Below are positions 20,507 through 30,945 of a stretch of DNA of 64,000 bases, in pieces. Location of the stretch: assembly GCA_963840855.1 (NCBI GenBank), contig CAWJBB010000040.1, positions 160,001 through 224,000 of the forward strand, written 5' to 3'. Origin of the DNA: an uncultured delta proteobacterium. GTDB lineage: Bacteria; Desulfobacterota; Binatia; UBA9968. The notes beneath the pieces are model-generated. The model searched no databases, had not been told where the DNA came from, and saw only the letters and a program-made list of their open reading frames with translations. Made by a program: the position numbers and the translations under genes. The stretch's first letter is position 1. Every line of letters begins with the position of its first letter.

Positions 20507-21448
20507 ATGCAGAGCACGGCAGCAACCCTACCTTCCGCTATGTTGGAGACCGGGTCGGTCATTTATCAGGCGAAGCTCATCGACGTGAACGGCATAAGAA
20601 CCCGCTATTACGACGAGGGCCAGGGCGAGGTGATGTTGATGATTCACGGCTCGCGCTTCTCGCCCTGGGGCAGCGCCAATACCTGGACGCGAAACATCGG
20701 CGGCCTGTCGAAACGATTTCGCATATTGGCGCCGGACAAGCTCTGCAGCGGTATGACCGACAACCCAAAAAGCCTCGACGATTTTACCCAGCATGCCATC
20801 GTGCAGCATATCTACCAGTTCATCCAGACCCTGGGAGTCAAGTCCTTTCACGTTGTCGGCCAATCCAACGGCGGTTACACCGCGGCGCGTCTGGCGCTGG
20901 AGCATCCGGACATGTGCAAGAGCTTGGTCCTCGTCGATAGCGCGACCTTGGGTCCGCCGGTGGGCGAGATATCCGAGCGCCGCAAGAAGCTCTTTGATAA
21001 CGCCCCGGCGGACCTGCGAGAATACATTCGTTTTCACTGGGGCAAGCTTTCGGTTAACACCGATAACATAACCGATGACTATCTGGATGCCGCCTATTTC
21101 ATGGCGACTACGCCCAAAGCCCGCGAGACCCTGAGACTTCTGCAGAGCGACGGGCGCGGCGAAGAGGGGCCGAATCCGGAGGCTAACGCTAGAACTTTCC
21201 CGCGCGATAAAGCGGAGACGCACCAGTGGATCTCGGCAGGACGATTGACCATGCCCGTTCTGATCACCTGGGGAGCCGATGACCCTTCGGCGATTTTACC
21301 CATCGGCATCAAACTCTTCGAGATGATCAGGGCAAAAACCAAGCATGTCGAGATGCATATCTTTAACAACGTCGCCCATTTTCATTACCGCGAAATTCCG
21401 GACCAGTGGAACCGGGTGGTCATGAACTTCATCGAAATGAACGCCTAA
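20507..21448 (+). CDS. Alpha/beta hydrolase (MhpC/BphD-like)
   Basis: MIHG, GQSNGG nucleophile elbow, WGADDP, AHF. Confidence 0.85.
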   Translation: MQSTAATLPSAMLETGSVIYQAKLIDVNGIRTRYYDEGQGEVMLMIHGSRFSPWGSANTWTRNIGGLSKRFRILAPDKLCSGMTDNPKSLDDFTQHAIVQHIYQFIQTLGVKSFHVVGQSNGGYTAARLALEHPDMCKSLVLVDSATLGPPVGEISERRKKLFDNAPADLREYIRFHWGKLSVNTDNITDDYLDAAYFMATTPKARETLRLLQSDGRGEEGPNPEANARTFPRDKAETHQWISAGRLTMPVLITWGADDPSAILPIGIKLFEMIRAKTKHVEMHIFNNVAHFHYREIPDQWNRVVMNFIEMNA

Positions 21449-21464
21449 CCGTCGAGGCAGCGCC

Positions 21465-22681
21465 ATGTCAAAAAATCCTGTAGATCCATTCCAAACAGAC
21501 GAAAACGGCAATCGTCTCTTGCCTTCTTTTTCGCTGGCCGAGCGTGACCGTCGCTACGGCCGGGTGCGCCGGTTAATGGCCGAGCGAAATCTGGACTGTC
21601 TGTTGGCCCCGGCAGCCGATGTGGGCGAGCCCCAGGCGAATTCACGGTACCTTTGCCAGATCGGCGGCGTTCAGGGAGGAGCATGGGTGATCTTTCCCAG
21701 TTCCGGCGAAGCAACAGCGATTGTTGCGTCGGAGCGTGAAAGGCGCATGTGGGTGGCCAAATCTGGCGTGGCCGCAAGATATCCGCTGGGGTAATTTCTC
21801 GGACCTGGTGCCGCAACGGCTCCGCGAGCTCAACCTAGGTAAAAGCCGTATCGGCGTCACTGGCTTGCTTCAGCAATACCGCACGCCGGAAGGAACGATC
21901 CCCTTCGAAACCTGGCGTCTCATTAGCGCGGCGCTGCCCGAGGCGACTTTTACTCCCGCCAACGACGTTTTAGAGTTTGCCCGCATCGTCAAAGGGCCGG
22001 AAGAGATCGCGGTGATCCAGCGCATCACGGATGCGAACGAAGCGGCGATCGCAAGAATGATGGAAATCGCCCGGCCCGGCATGGAAGAAGGGGAACTCTG
22101 GATCGAGATGGCAAAAGTTCTAATCAGCCATACCGCCGACTATCCCGCGCGACTTTCTCTCGGTTCTAACAATAAAACCGCTAACGCCAGCAATAGCATG
22201 GGACTTGCCATCGCGATGCAAGACGGCGGCGTGCTCTGCCAGGAAATCGACGCGCGGCTGCAAGGCTACCGCGCCCAATGCAATCATTCGATACTAATCG
22301 GCAGCAAAAACGCCGATGCTTACCGGCAGGCAACGCAACATCGCCATCGAATGTTTTCAAGGAATCGTCGCTTGGGTGAGGCCGGGCAATACCATCGGCG
22401 GTCTCATAGACGAATTCGTCCGGCTCGCCGAAGCCCGCGGCGCCAAGGGCGGCGGCGTGCTCGTCCACACCAACGGCCTCGGCGCCGACCGCCCTAGAGT
22501 AGGTCCGGGTCCGGCCGCCCACGACCGGGACATCGTCATCGAGCCGGGCTTTACATTCACAGTCAAAACGCAAATAGACTTTAAAGGCACGCCCGCCCTG
22601 GTGGGCGAACCGATCACCGTGGGCGAGTCCGGCGCCCGCCGGCTCGGCCATCGAAACTTGGCGCCATACGTGACGGGTTGA
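21465..22681 (+). CDS. M24 (creatinase/Xaa-Pro peptidase-like) family protein; two frameshifts (~21760, ~22337)
   Basis: FSLAERDRR..R..M...LDCLL; ARIVKGPEEIA; RPG; HTNGLG; IEPG.TF; three overlapping ORFs join if one base is removed at each site. Confidence 0.8.
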
Positions 22682-22776
22682 GACAGGCCGGACAATTTCG
22701 AGACACCATGATTATCAGATACATATTCTGTTGAATAAAACGGAAAACAACAATATAGCGGAAAAGGAGACACCTC

Positions 22777-23482
22777 ATGTCAGTCGCTTTTGAAGACCAT
22801 TGTTGGAAAGACATTATGACACCGGAGATTCTCAAGGTTTATACGCCCTATCACCGGCAAACTTTCATCGGACAAAGACCGGCGCTGTTGGCCATCGATC
22901 TTTACAATCTCGCCTATGAAGGCGGCGCCAAAGAGCCCCATGAATTGGTCGATACCCACAAGAGTTCCTGTGGCGTTTACGCTCACAACGCGATTAAGCC
23001 GACCGAGGAGCTGTTCGCTTTGGCGCGTTCGCTGAAAATCCCGGTCTTCTACACCACCACCGAAACCCGCAAAGAAGCGAAACCCGACGCCGTTTACGCC
23101 ACCAACCGCCAGCGGGTGAAGATCGATCCCCAAGCGTTCGAGATCAAGGAAGAGTTCAAACCTCAAGTCGGCGATGTAGTCATCTTCAAGGAACGCGCCA
23201 GCGGATTTTTCGGCACGCCTCTGGTGGCCCATCTTACCCAATTGGGCATCGATAGCTTGATCGTCTGCGGCGAAAGCACCAGCGGCTGCGTGCGCGCGAG
23301 TTGCGTGGATGCGTATTCATTGGGCTACCACGTGTCCATCGTCGAAGAAACCGTCTTCGATCGAAGCATTCTTTCCCACAAGGTCAATCTCTTTGATCTG
23401 CATCACAAGTATTCGGACGTCATGACCTTGGACGAAGTGAAGGACAAGTCTCAAACAGGAACGGCCCCGAAAATCGAATTAA
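22777..23482 (+). CDS. Isochorismatase/cysteine hydrolase (N-carbamoylsarcosine amidase / maleamate amidohydrolase-like)
   Basis: PALLAIDL, KERASGFFGT, GESTSGCVRAS (Asp-Lys-Cys triad); an extra base at ~23449 makes the ORF read through the repeat to 23649. Confidence 0.85.
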
Positions 23483-23492
23483 ATATTAAACT

Positions 23493-23605
23493 CGTTCAAG
23501 CAGTTCAAAACGTTCAAGTCGTTCAAGTCGTCAGACGCACCAAAAAGAACCGCCCGAGCCGATTTGAACGATTTGAACGGAGCGAAGCGATTGAACGGTT
23601 TGAAC
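23493..23605. repeat. Nonamer GTTCAANNN / NNNTTGAAC inverted array
   Basis: gttcaagca gttcaaaac gttcaagtc gttcaagtc ... ttgaacgat ttgaacgg..ttgaacggt ttgaacc. Confidence 0.85.
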
Positions 23606-23620
23606 CTCCCCGAATAAACC

Positions 23621-24421
23621 ATGCCTTACAGCAAATCGAATGGCGTTAAAATTTACTATGAAGTCTCCGGCGCCGGGTTCCCGTTCGTGATGATTCACGC
23701 CAACCCCTTCGACCACAATCTGTGGATGTACCAGATCGCCCGCTTCTCGACCTATTTCAAAATCATCGCGGTTGATATCCGCGGCTATGGCCGCTCGGAC
23801 AAACCGGAAACGCCTTTCAGCCTCAAAGATATGGCCGATGATGTCTTGGGCGTCTGCCGCGATGAAGGGATCAAGGAAGCCATCGTCGGCGGCGTCAGCG
23901 TCGGCTCGGGCATGGCCCTGCTGATGGGTCTGGATCATCCGGAATTGTGCAAGGCGTTAATTCTCGTCGGCGGCAGCAGTGGTCCCGGTGGCTCGATTGA
24001 CGATCGCATTCACGGCTACACTAAAATCGGCGTGGAAAAATATCACATCCAACATCTCAAAAAATTGGTCGCACCGGGCTTTCCTGAAACAAAACTTGGA
24101 AAATACTTGCTTAACACTTTCGTCGAACGCGACCCCTGGCTTTCCGGCGAGTCCATCGGCCAGATTTTCCGCGCCCGCGGCGGCACGGACATGACGCCTA
24201 GACTAGGCACGATGAAAGTTCCGACCCTGGTGATCAATGGCGAATATGACAATTCACTCAAGGGCGGACGGCTAACTGCGTCGCTAATTCCCGGCGCGGT
24301 GCACAAAATTCTCCCCGAAACCGGCCACGCATGCAACATCGAAGACCCGGCTGGTTTCGACGAGTTCGTTATCGAGTTCTTGACGTCCCACAATCTGATG
24401 CCGGCAAAACCGAGTCGGTAA
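23621..24421 (+). CDS. Alpha/beta hydrolase (enol-lactonase-like)
   Basis: DIRGYGRS, GVSVGSG, GEYD, GHACNIE. Confidence 0.88.
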   Translation: MPYSKSNGVKIYYEVSGAGFPFVMIHANPFDHNLWMYQIARFSTYFKIIAVDIRGYGRSDKPETPFSLKDMADDVLGVCRDEGIKEAIVGGVSVGSGMALLMGLDHPELCKALILVGGSSGPGGSIDDRIHGYTKIGVEKYHIQHLKKLVAPGFPETKLGKYLLNTFVERDPWLSGESIGQIFRARGGTDMTPRLGTMKVPTLVINGEYDNSLKGGRLTASLIPGAVHKILPETGHACNIEDPAGFDEFVIEFLTSHNLMPAKPSR

Positions 24422-24461
24422 GCGCAAGCTTTCAACTTTGCCCTTTGCAGGAGGAATGGTC

Positions 24462-25016
24462 ATGCCAATCAACGTCGAAAAACTCAAAAGCATGACTCCT
24501 CCCAAGGGCATGGATTTTCATATCGCCAAAGTCGGCCACGTGGTATTGCAAGTGGCCGATCTCGAGCGCGCCGCCGCTTTCTACACGCAGGTGCTCGGCT
24601 TCAAAGTCTCCGACGTTTACCCCGAAGAGATGATGCCCGGCGGCATGGTGTTTTTGCGCTGCAATTCGGACCATCACTGTCTGGCCTTGGTGGGGCAAGG
24701 CGACGGACAAGCAGCGCATAGAGAGTTGCACCATCTCGCCTTCGAAGTGCCGACCCTCGCCGAAGTGCTCCGCGCCCGAGAACGGCTGCGCGCGTGCGGC
24801 GCAACAATCGACTTCGAAGGACGGCGGCGCGCGGGTTGCCAGATCGCCGTGGAGTTTCGCGACCCGGACAACCACTCTTTGGAAATTTACTGGGGCGTCG
24901 ATCAAGTGGGGAGCGATGGGCGCGTGCGGCCGTCCAACCAATGGCATGGAGTGAAATCACTCGAAGAGGCCATCGCCAATCCCGTTCCCGGACAGGACAC
25001 TCATATTCCTAAATGA
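24462..25016 (+). CDS. VOC family protein (single extradiol dioxygenase-like module)
   Basis: KVGHVVL, DHHCLAL, LHHLAF, FRDPD..LEIY. Confidence 0.88.
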   Translation: MPINVEKLKSMTPPKGMDFHIAKVGHVVLQVADLERAAAFYTQVLGFKVSDVYPEEMMPGGMVFLRCNSDHHCLALVGQGDGQAAHRELHHLAFEVPTLAEVLRARERLRACGATIDFEGRRRAGCQIAVEFRDPDNHSLEIYWGVDQVGSDGRVRPSNQWHGVKSLEEAIANPVPGQDTHIPK

Positions 25017-25963
25017 ACTCCCGCGACGCTTCTCTCGAAGATATCATTCGCGCCTCGTCACGGGCACTGGTGATCGGCGTGGGCGGCGGCGGTGACGTGG
25101 TGGGCGCCTTGGCCTGCGCGCGCTTTCTCGAATTCTGCGGCTTGGAATGCGTTCTTGGCGGCCTATCGTGGGAGCGCTACGTCTACGACCCGGTTCCCGG
25201 GCCACGCAAACTGAGCGAAGTGGAAAACGTGCGCGCGCTGCACGAATATGCATGGATGGCCAACGCCGCCACGCGCACCAACACCGGCGTTTACTTTGCA
25301 GAATCGAAGATGGCCGCGGCGCGCAATACCGAAGTCTTGCTGGTAGATATCAACGGCGGCGCACCGGGCGTCGTAGCGGGATTGGAAGCCGCCATGACAG
25401 AATTCAACATCGACCTGCTCGTCGGCCTCGACGTCGGCGGCGATTCCCTCGCCCAAGGCCACGAGGCCGGCTTGCGTAGCCCGCTGGCCGATTCGGTCAT
25501 GCTGGCGGCCTTCGCCGAGATGGAAAAACGCGGCCGGCGGACATTATGGGGCGTGTTCGGCTACGGCAGCGACGGCGAGTTGACCGTCGATGAAATCGAG
25601 CTGGCGCTGAGCAAAATCGCGGCGGCCGGTGGATTACTCGGCTGTTGGTCGCTCACGCCGAAGATCGCCGCGGAGTTGGCGGAAGTCATCAAAACGGTTT
25701 CCACGGAAGCCAGCGCGATCCCTGTACGGTGCTTCCAGGGTGCGTGGGGTGAAACCAACATTCGCAGCGATCAAAGAAAGGTAAAACTCACGCCGCTGAC
25801 CGCCCTCACCTTCTTCATTGCCACAACGAAGCTCCTCGATACCCTCGCGCGGCCGGCCCGTGCCGTGCTCCACAGCTCATCCCTGGAACAGGCCAACGAC
25901 GCGCTCCATGCCATCGGCATCAAGACGGAGCTCGACCTGGAACGGGAAAAATACCAGCCATAG
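25013..25963 (+). CDS. DUF1152 domain protein
   Basis: GVGGGGDV, DVGGDSLA.G.E.GLRSPLADS, G.GSDGEL. Confidence 0.8.
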   Translation: MNSRDASLEDIIRASSRALVIGVGGGGDVVGALACARFLEFCGLECVLGGLSWERYVYDPVPGPRKLSEVENVRALHEYAWMANAATRTNTGVYFAESKMAAARNTEVLLVDINGGAPGVVAGLEAAMTEFNIDLLVGLDVGGDSLAQGHEAGLRSPLADSVMLAAFAEMEKRGRRTLWGVFGYGSDGELTVDEIELALSKIAAAGGLLGCWSLTPKIAAELAEVIKTVSTEASAIPVRCFQGAWGETNIRSDQRKVKLTPLTALTFFIATTKLLDTLARPARAVLHSSSLEQANDALHAIGIKTELDLEREKYQP

Positions 25964-25982
25964 CCGAAAGACCAGCGCTTCG

Positions 25983-27209
25983 ATGTTGAAAAACTTACAA
26001 CGGGACCTTTTGGTCTTGATGATTTCGCGCGGTGTTCGGGCGTTCGCGTTTTCCTACCTGAGCGTAGTCTTCGCCATCTATCTCAATCAACTCGGCTACT
26101 CCACGGTTACGATCGGCCTGGTCATCTCCACCGCCTCCGCCAGCGGCGCGGTGCTGACTGCGCTGTGGGGATTTTTGTCGGACCGCTATGGACGCAAGAA
26201 TATCCTCATGCTGCTGGCCCTGCTGACAACGGTTTCCAATACCATCTACGTCTTCTTCAGCCAGCTGTATTTTATTTTTCTGGCGGTGATCATCGCCAAC
26301 GTGGGAACGGGAGGATCGGGGGGAGGCGGACAGGGCGGCGGGCCCTTCAATCCCGTCGAACAGGCTCTGTTGGCGGAGAAATGCACGCCGGAGAACCGCA
26401 ACCGGATCTTCTCCACCAACGCCTTCGTCGGTTCCGTGATGGGCTCCCTGGGCGCGTTGGTGAGCGGTCTGCCGGAGTATCTACAGCACCAGTGGAATTG
26501 GCAGCCGGTGGCGTCGTTTAAGCCACTCTTCGCCTTGACCATACTTTTTAGCATCGTTCTCTTTTTCGCCTATGCGAGCATCGACGAACATCATGTTCCT
26601 CTCAAACGGCAGAACAGGGTGCGAAAACCCATCAATCGTTTCGTCCTCAAGATCTCTCTGCTCGGCATGATCGACAATCTCGGCGCCGGCTTGATCGGTC
26701 CGCTGCTGTCTTATTGGTTCTATCTGCGCTACGGCGTGGAACTCAAGTCCCTTGGCTTGATGTTTTTTCTCTCCTACCTCTTGGCGGCGCTGTCATTTCT
26801 ATGCGCCCCGGTGTTCGCCCGTCATCTGGGCGTGGTAAAAACCATGGCCCTTTCCCACGGCGCGGCGTCGCTGATCTATTTATGTCTGCCGCTGGCGCCG
26901 ACTTTCTCCGTCGCCGCCGCGCTGACCATCCTTCGCTCTTTCCTGGCTTACATGGACAACCCTTTGCGGAACTCATTCGTCATGGGGATCGTTCGCCCGG
27001 AAGAAAGAGGCTCGGCGGCCGGCATCACTACCCTGTCGCGCCACGTGCCGGTGGCCGTCAGCCCGACGCTGTCGGCGTATATGATGCAAGCCTTCGCGTT
27101 GAACGTGCCGATCTTTTTGGGCGGCTTTTTGCAGCTCGCTCACGACGTCATTTTCTATTACCTCTTCCGCGCCGTTAAACCGCCGGAGGAACAGCCGTCG
27201 AAAGCATAG
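25983..27209 (+). CDS. MFS transporter (paralog A)
   Basis: LSDRYGRK, GGGGQGGGPFNPVEQALL, EERGSAAG. Confidence 0.9.
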   Translation: MLKNLQRDLLVLMISRGVRAFAFSYLSVVFAIYLNQLGYSTVTIGLVISTASASGAVLTALWGFLSDRYGRKNILMLLALLTTVSNTIYVFFSQLYFIFLAVIIANVGTGGSGGGGQGGGPFNPVEQALLAEKCTPENRNRIFSTNAFVGSVMGSLGALVSGLPEYLQHQWNWQPVASFKPLFALTILFSIVLFFAYASIDEHHVPLKRQNRVRKPINRFVLKISLLGMIDNLGAGLIGPLLSYWFYLRYGVELKSLGLMFFLSYLLAALSFLCAPVFARHLGVVKTMALSHGAASLIYLCLPLAPTFSVAAALTILRSFLAYMDNPLRNSFVMGIVRPEERGSAAGITTLSRHVPVAVSPTLSAYMMQAFALNVPIFLGGFLQLAHDVIFYYLFRAVKPPEEQPSKA

Positions 27210-27233
27210 CGCGGCGCCGTAAAGACAGCCACC

Positions 27234-28494
27234 ATGCTTCGCGAATTGAATCATGACGCCAAACTGCTCATGGCCTCGCGTGGGATCCGCGCCTTTGCGT
27301 TTTCCTATCTGAACGTCGTGTTCGCCATTTTTCTCGACCAGCTTGGCTACTCGACGGTCATGGTGGGGATCATCTTCTCCGTCGCCTACATCAGCAGCGC
27401 CGTCCTCACCGCCGTGTGGGGCTACTTATCCGATCGCTTCGGCCGGCGAAACATACTGATGCTGCTGGCCGTCCTGACCATCGTTTCCAACGGTATCTAT
27501 TTATTCTTCAGCGACTTGATTTTCATTTTGCTGGCCGTGGTACTCGCCAATGTCGGCTCGGGCGGCTCCGCCGGCGGAGGCCAGGGCGGCGGCCCTTTCA
27601 ACCCCGTCGAGGAAGCCTTGCTGGCGGAGAAATCCAGCCCGGAAAATCGAAATCAACTCTTCGCCGTGAACTCGTTTGTCGGCTCGGTTATGGGCTCCGT
27701 GGGCGCGCTCGCCACCGGCCTCCCGCAATATCTTCAGGAGCGCTGGGGATGGGAGCCGGTGTCGTCATACAAGCCGCTTTTCCTGCTGACGATCCTTTTC
27801 AGCGTGGCGCTGTTCTTCGTTTATCGCTGCCATCAGAGAGGAACACCAGCCGCAGAAAGCCGAAAAGAAGATCTCCAAATCCACCGGCGTCTTCGTGACC
27901 AAGATGTCCGTCTTGGCGTTTGTCGACAACTTTGGCGCCGGCCTAGCCGGGTCGCTGGTCTCCTACTGGTTCTTCCTGCGCTACGGTGTCGAGCTTAAGT
28001 CCCTCGGCGTCCTTTTCTTCGTTTCTTATTTTCTTGCCGCTCTGTCCTTCTTGAGCGCGCCGATCATCGCGCGCTATCTAGGGGTGGTGAAGACAATGGC
28101 CTTCTCCCACGGGCTGGCGTCGCTGATCTATCTCACCATCCCCCTCGCGCCGACTTTTTTTATCGCGGCAACCCTGCTCGCCATACGCTCCTACTTTGCC
28201 TACATGGACAACCCGCTGCGCTCGTCGTTTACCATGGCCATGGTGAAGTCCAGCGAGCGCGGCTCCGCCGCCGGTGTCACCAGCTTGGCCCGGGTTGTGC
28301 CTTTCGGCATCAGCCCCACCATCTCCACTTATCTGATGCAAAGCGTATCTTTGACTCTTCCCTTGTTTATCGGCGGCGGGTTACAACTGATCAACGACGT
28401 GGCGTTTTATCTGATGTTCCGCCATGTCCGTCCGCCCGAGGAACTCGGAACGGAACAGTTTAAAGTTCAAGGTTCAAAGTTCAAGGTTTTATGA
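27234..28494 (+). CDS. MFS transporter (paralog B); frameshift at ~27827
   Basis: ORFs 27234-27998 and 27895-28494 are collinear with paralog A. Confidence 0.85.
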
Positions 28495-28542
28495 TTCGGA
28501 TTCGTTTCTATTCAGTCTGACCTTGAACCTTGAACATTGAAC
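28457..28542. repeat. Heptamer inverted array overlapping the MFS 3' end
   Basis: gtttaaa gttcaag gttcaaa gttcaag ... cttgaac cttgaac attgaac. Confidence 0.85.
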
Positions 28543-28596
28543 GCGCGGTATCGCACGGTGATCTTCGCTCGTGGTATAAGATGCTAAGATGACGCT

Positions 28597-28998
28597 ATGA
28601 AACGACCATCCCAGCCCACCGGCGCTGTTCCCCTATTTCAAAGACTCGCCGAACAACGCATTTTGGAAGCCCAACGCAAAGGCGAATTCGACGACTTGCC
28701 CGGCAAAGGCAAGCCGCTGGAATTGGAAGACCTGAGCTGGGTGCCGGACGATCTGCGCATCGGTTACAAGGTGCTCAAGAACGCCCGCGTCCTGCCGCCC
28801 GAAGTCGAACTGCTGAAAGATATCCACACCCTTGCGGACTTGTTAAAGCACGTCGAGGACGAAGGCGAGCGCAGCGCGCTAGCCAAGAGCATCCAGTGGA
28901 AGATGATTCACCTGGACATGCTCAAGCGGCGCTCCATGCCGCTCGGTTCCGTCAGGGAATACGGCCGGAAACTGGTCCGCAAGTTCGGCGGCAAATAA
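28597..28998 (+). CDS. DUF1992 domain protein
   Basis: LAEQRILEA..KGEFDDLPGKGKPL; LKNA.VLPPEVEL. Confidence 0.85.
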   Translation: MKRPSQPTGAVPLFQRLAEQRILEAQRKGEFDDLPGKGKPLELEDLSWVPDDLRIGYKVLKNARVLPPEVELLKDIHTLADLLKHVEDEGERSALAKSIQWKMIHLDMLKRRSMPLGSVREYGRKLVRKFGGK

Positions 28999-29132
28999 GT
29001 CCGTCTCGACTCGCCCCCCTTTTTCTCCGCGTTATTTGTGCTTTGCCTTGGCATTTCTTCCGTGGTAGAAATCCCCTACCCTATAACCGCGGCGCCAGGG
29101 TAGCCGCGCATAATTAGAAAGGAGCAGTTTAT

Positions 29133-29642
29133 ATGGCGGACGAAAAAACTCCCATCAGAATTAAGAAAATCGGCCACGTGGTTTTCAGCGTGAAAGATAT
29201 CGAGGCCAGCACCAAGTTCTGGACCGAGATCATGGGATTCCGCGTCTCCGATCGCAACGAGCAGGGTATGGTATTTTTCCGCCATGCCACCGATCACCAC
29301 ACCATCGCGCTGGCGCCAGCCAATAAGGACGGTGAAGCTCCTCAGCACGGCCACCCCGGTTTCCATCATATCGCGTTTGAGGTGGCCACCGTGTCCGAGC
29401 TTTTCAAGATCCGGGACTTTATCCGTTCCAAAGGGCTAAAAATTATTTATGAAGGCCGGCGTGGACCGGGCGGTAACCCGGGCGTGGAATTCATCAGTCC
29501 CGACGGGTTCCAGGTGGAAGTCTACGCCGCCATGGATCAGATCGGCACCGATGGTCGCAGCCGTCCGGCGAACGAATGGAGCCGGGCCACGACGCTCGAG
29601 GAAGCCGTCAACAATCCGCTGCCCGGCACCGAGTATCACTAA
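29133..29642 (+). CDS. VOC family protein (paralog of 24462-25016)
   Basis: KIGHVVF, DHHTIAL, FHHIAF, EGRR, PDG.QVEVY; shared C-terminal LEEA..NP.PG. Confidence 0.88.
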   Translation: MADEKTPIRIKKIGHVVFSVKDIEASTKFWTEIMGFRVSDRNEQGMVFFRHATDHHTIALAPANKDGEAPQHGHPGFHHIAFEVATVSELFKIRDFIRSKGLKIIYEGRRGPGGNPGVEFISPDGFQVEVYAAMDQIGTDGRSRPANEWSRATTLEEAVNNPLPGTEYH

Positions 29643-29681
29643 GCCACCGCCCATCGTTCAATCCATCGGAAGCGGTGGCCA

Positions 29682-29748
29682 TAGTTTCTAGTTTCTGGTC
29701 TCTGGTTTCTAGTTGAAACAAGAAACTTGAAACTAGGAACTAGAAACT
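29682..29748. repeat. TAGTTTC / GAAACTA heptamer inverted array
   Basis: tagtttc tagtttc tggtctc tggtttc tag ... gaaacaa gaaactt gaaacta ggaacta gaaactg. Confidence 0.85.
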
Positions 29749-29765
29749 GTGAATTGAAAAGGCCA

Positions 29766-30864
29766 ATGATCTCCATCCGCCGCTTGCAAAAACGTTTCCA
29801 AGTAAGCGACGGCGTAGTCGCCGCCATTAAGTCCATCGATCTTGAAATCGCGGAAGGCGAGCTGTTCGTCATCGTCGGCGCCAGCGGTTCGGGCAAGACG
29901 ACTTTATTGCGCTGCATCGCGGGGCTGGAAACCCCGGACGGCGGTGAAATCCGCATCGCCGGAAAGGTCGTCTCATCCGATAATCCGCCTGCCTGGTTGC
30001 CGCCGCAGCAACGCAAGTTGGGAATGGTTTTTCAATCCTATGCCGTTTGGCCCCATTTGACGGTGTCGCAGAATATCGCGCTCCCTTTGGCCGAAGGATC
30101 GCAACGGGTGGCGCGCAGCGAGGTTGCCAGGCGGGTCAAAGAGGCGCTGCGCCTGGTTCAGCTTGAAGAACAGGCCGACCGCCCGGCGACGCTGTTAAGC
30201 GGCGGGCAACAACAGCGCGTCGCCCTCGCCCGCGCCGTCGCCGTAAATTCGCGCCTGCTTTTAATGGATGAGCCCCTGAGCAATCTCGACGCCCGCCTGC
30301 GCGAAGAGGTGCGCGGCAAGATCCGTGATCTGGCCAAACAGCTCGGCTCCACGGTGCTCTACGTTACCCACGACCAGGTGGAAGCCATGGCCATCGCCGA
30401 CAAAATCGCGCTGATGCAGGCCGGCGAACTCCTGCAGGTGGGCGCGCCCCAAGAGATCTATCACAAGCCCAACTGCGCCGATGTCGCGGAGTTCTTCGGT
30501 TCGGTCAATTGGTTCGACGGTGAGATCGTCGAATTGGGCATGGCGGCGTCGCCTTTGGGAAAACTGCGCGTCGAATGCTCATTACAAGCCGGGCGAGAAA
30601 ATTCTACTCGGCTTTCGCCCCGAGTGCCTGTTATTTACGAGCGGAGCAACCAACTGTGAACCCAATGTATTTGAAGCGAGGATCCGCTCGAGCACATTTC
30701 TGGGCGATCAGTTTCTTTTTACCGCCGTCGCCGGCGAGCGCCAGTTGACCGGCAAGAACCGCTCCGTGTCCGGCCAAAAAGACGGCGCCGTTACTCTGTG
30801 CGTGGCTCCCGCCGACATCATGGTGTTTCCGGCACGCGCCGCGCCCTCCATGGTCAACGCCTGA
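29766..30864 (+). CDS. ABC transporter ATP-binding protein (PotA/FbpC-like with TOBE domain); frameshift at ~30592
   Basis: GASGSGKT, LSGGQQQRV, MDEPLSNLD; TOBE part LGFRPE..FLGD lies in the next frame. Confidence 0.88.
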
Positions 30865-30945
30865 AGCGGAGGTAGAGGTGATATTTTTAACATGGGAATG
30901 GTACTGAGCCGAATAGACCAACTTTTAACCCGGGAGGTTCAAAAT

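Noticed and set aside
23483-23649. Low-complexity C-terminal extension of the isochorismatase (VQAVQNVQVVQ...FERFER)
   Set aside because: Translation of the nonamer repeat caused by a probable extra base at ~23449.
280-30600. Programmed ribosomal frameshifting at the broken genes
   Set aside because: No shared slippery sequence or downstream structure; unrelated genes are affected; sequencing error is the simpler explanation.
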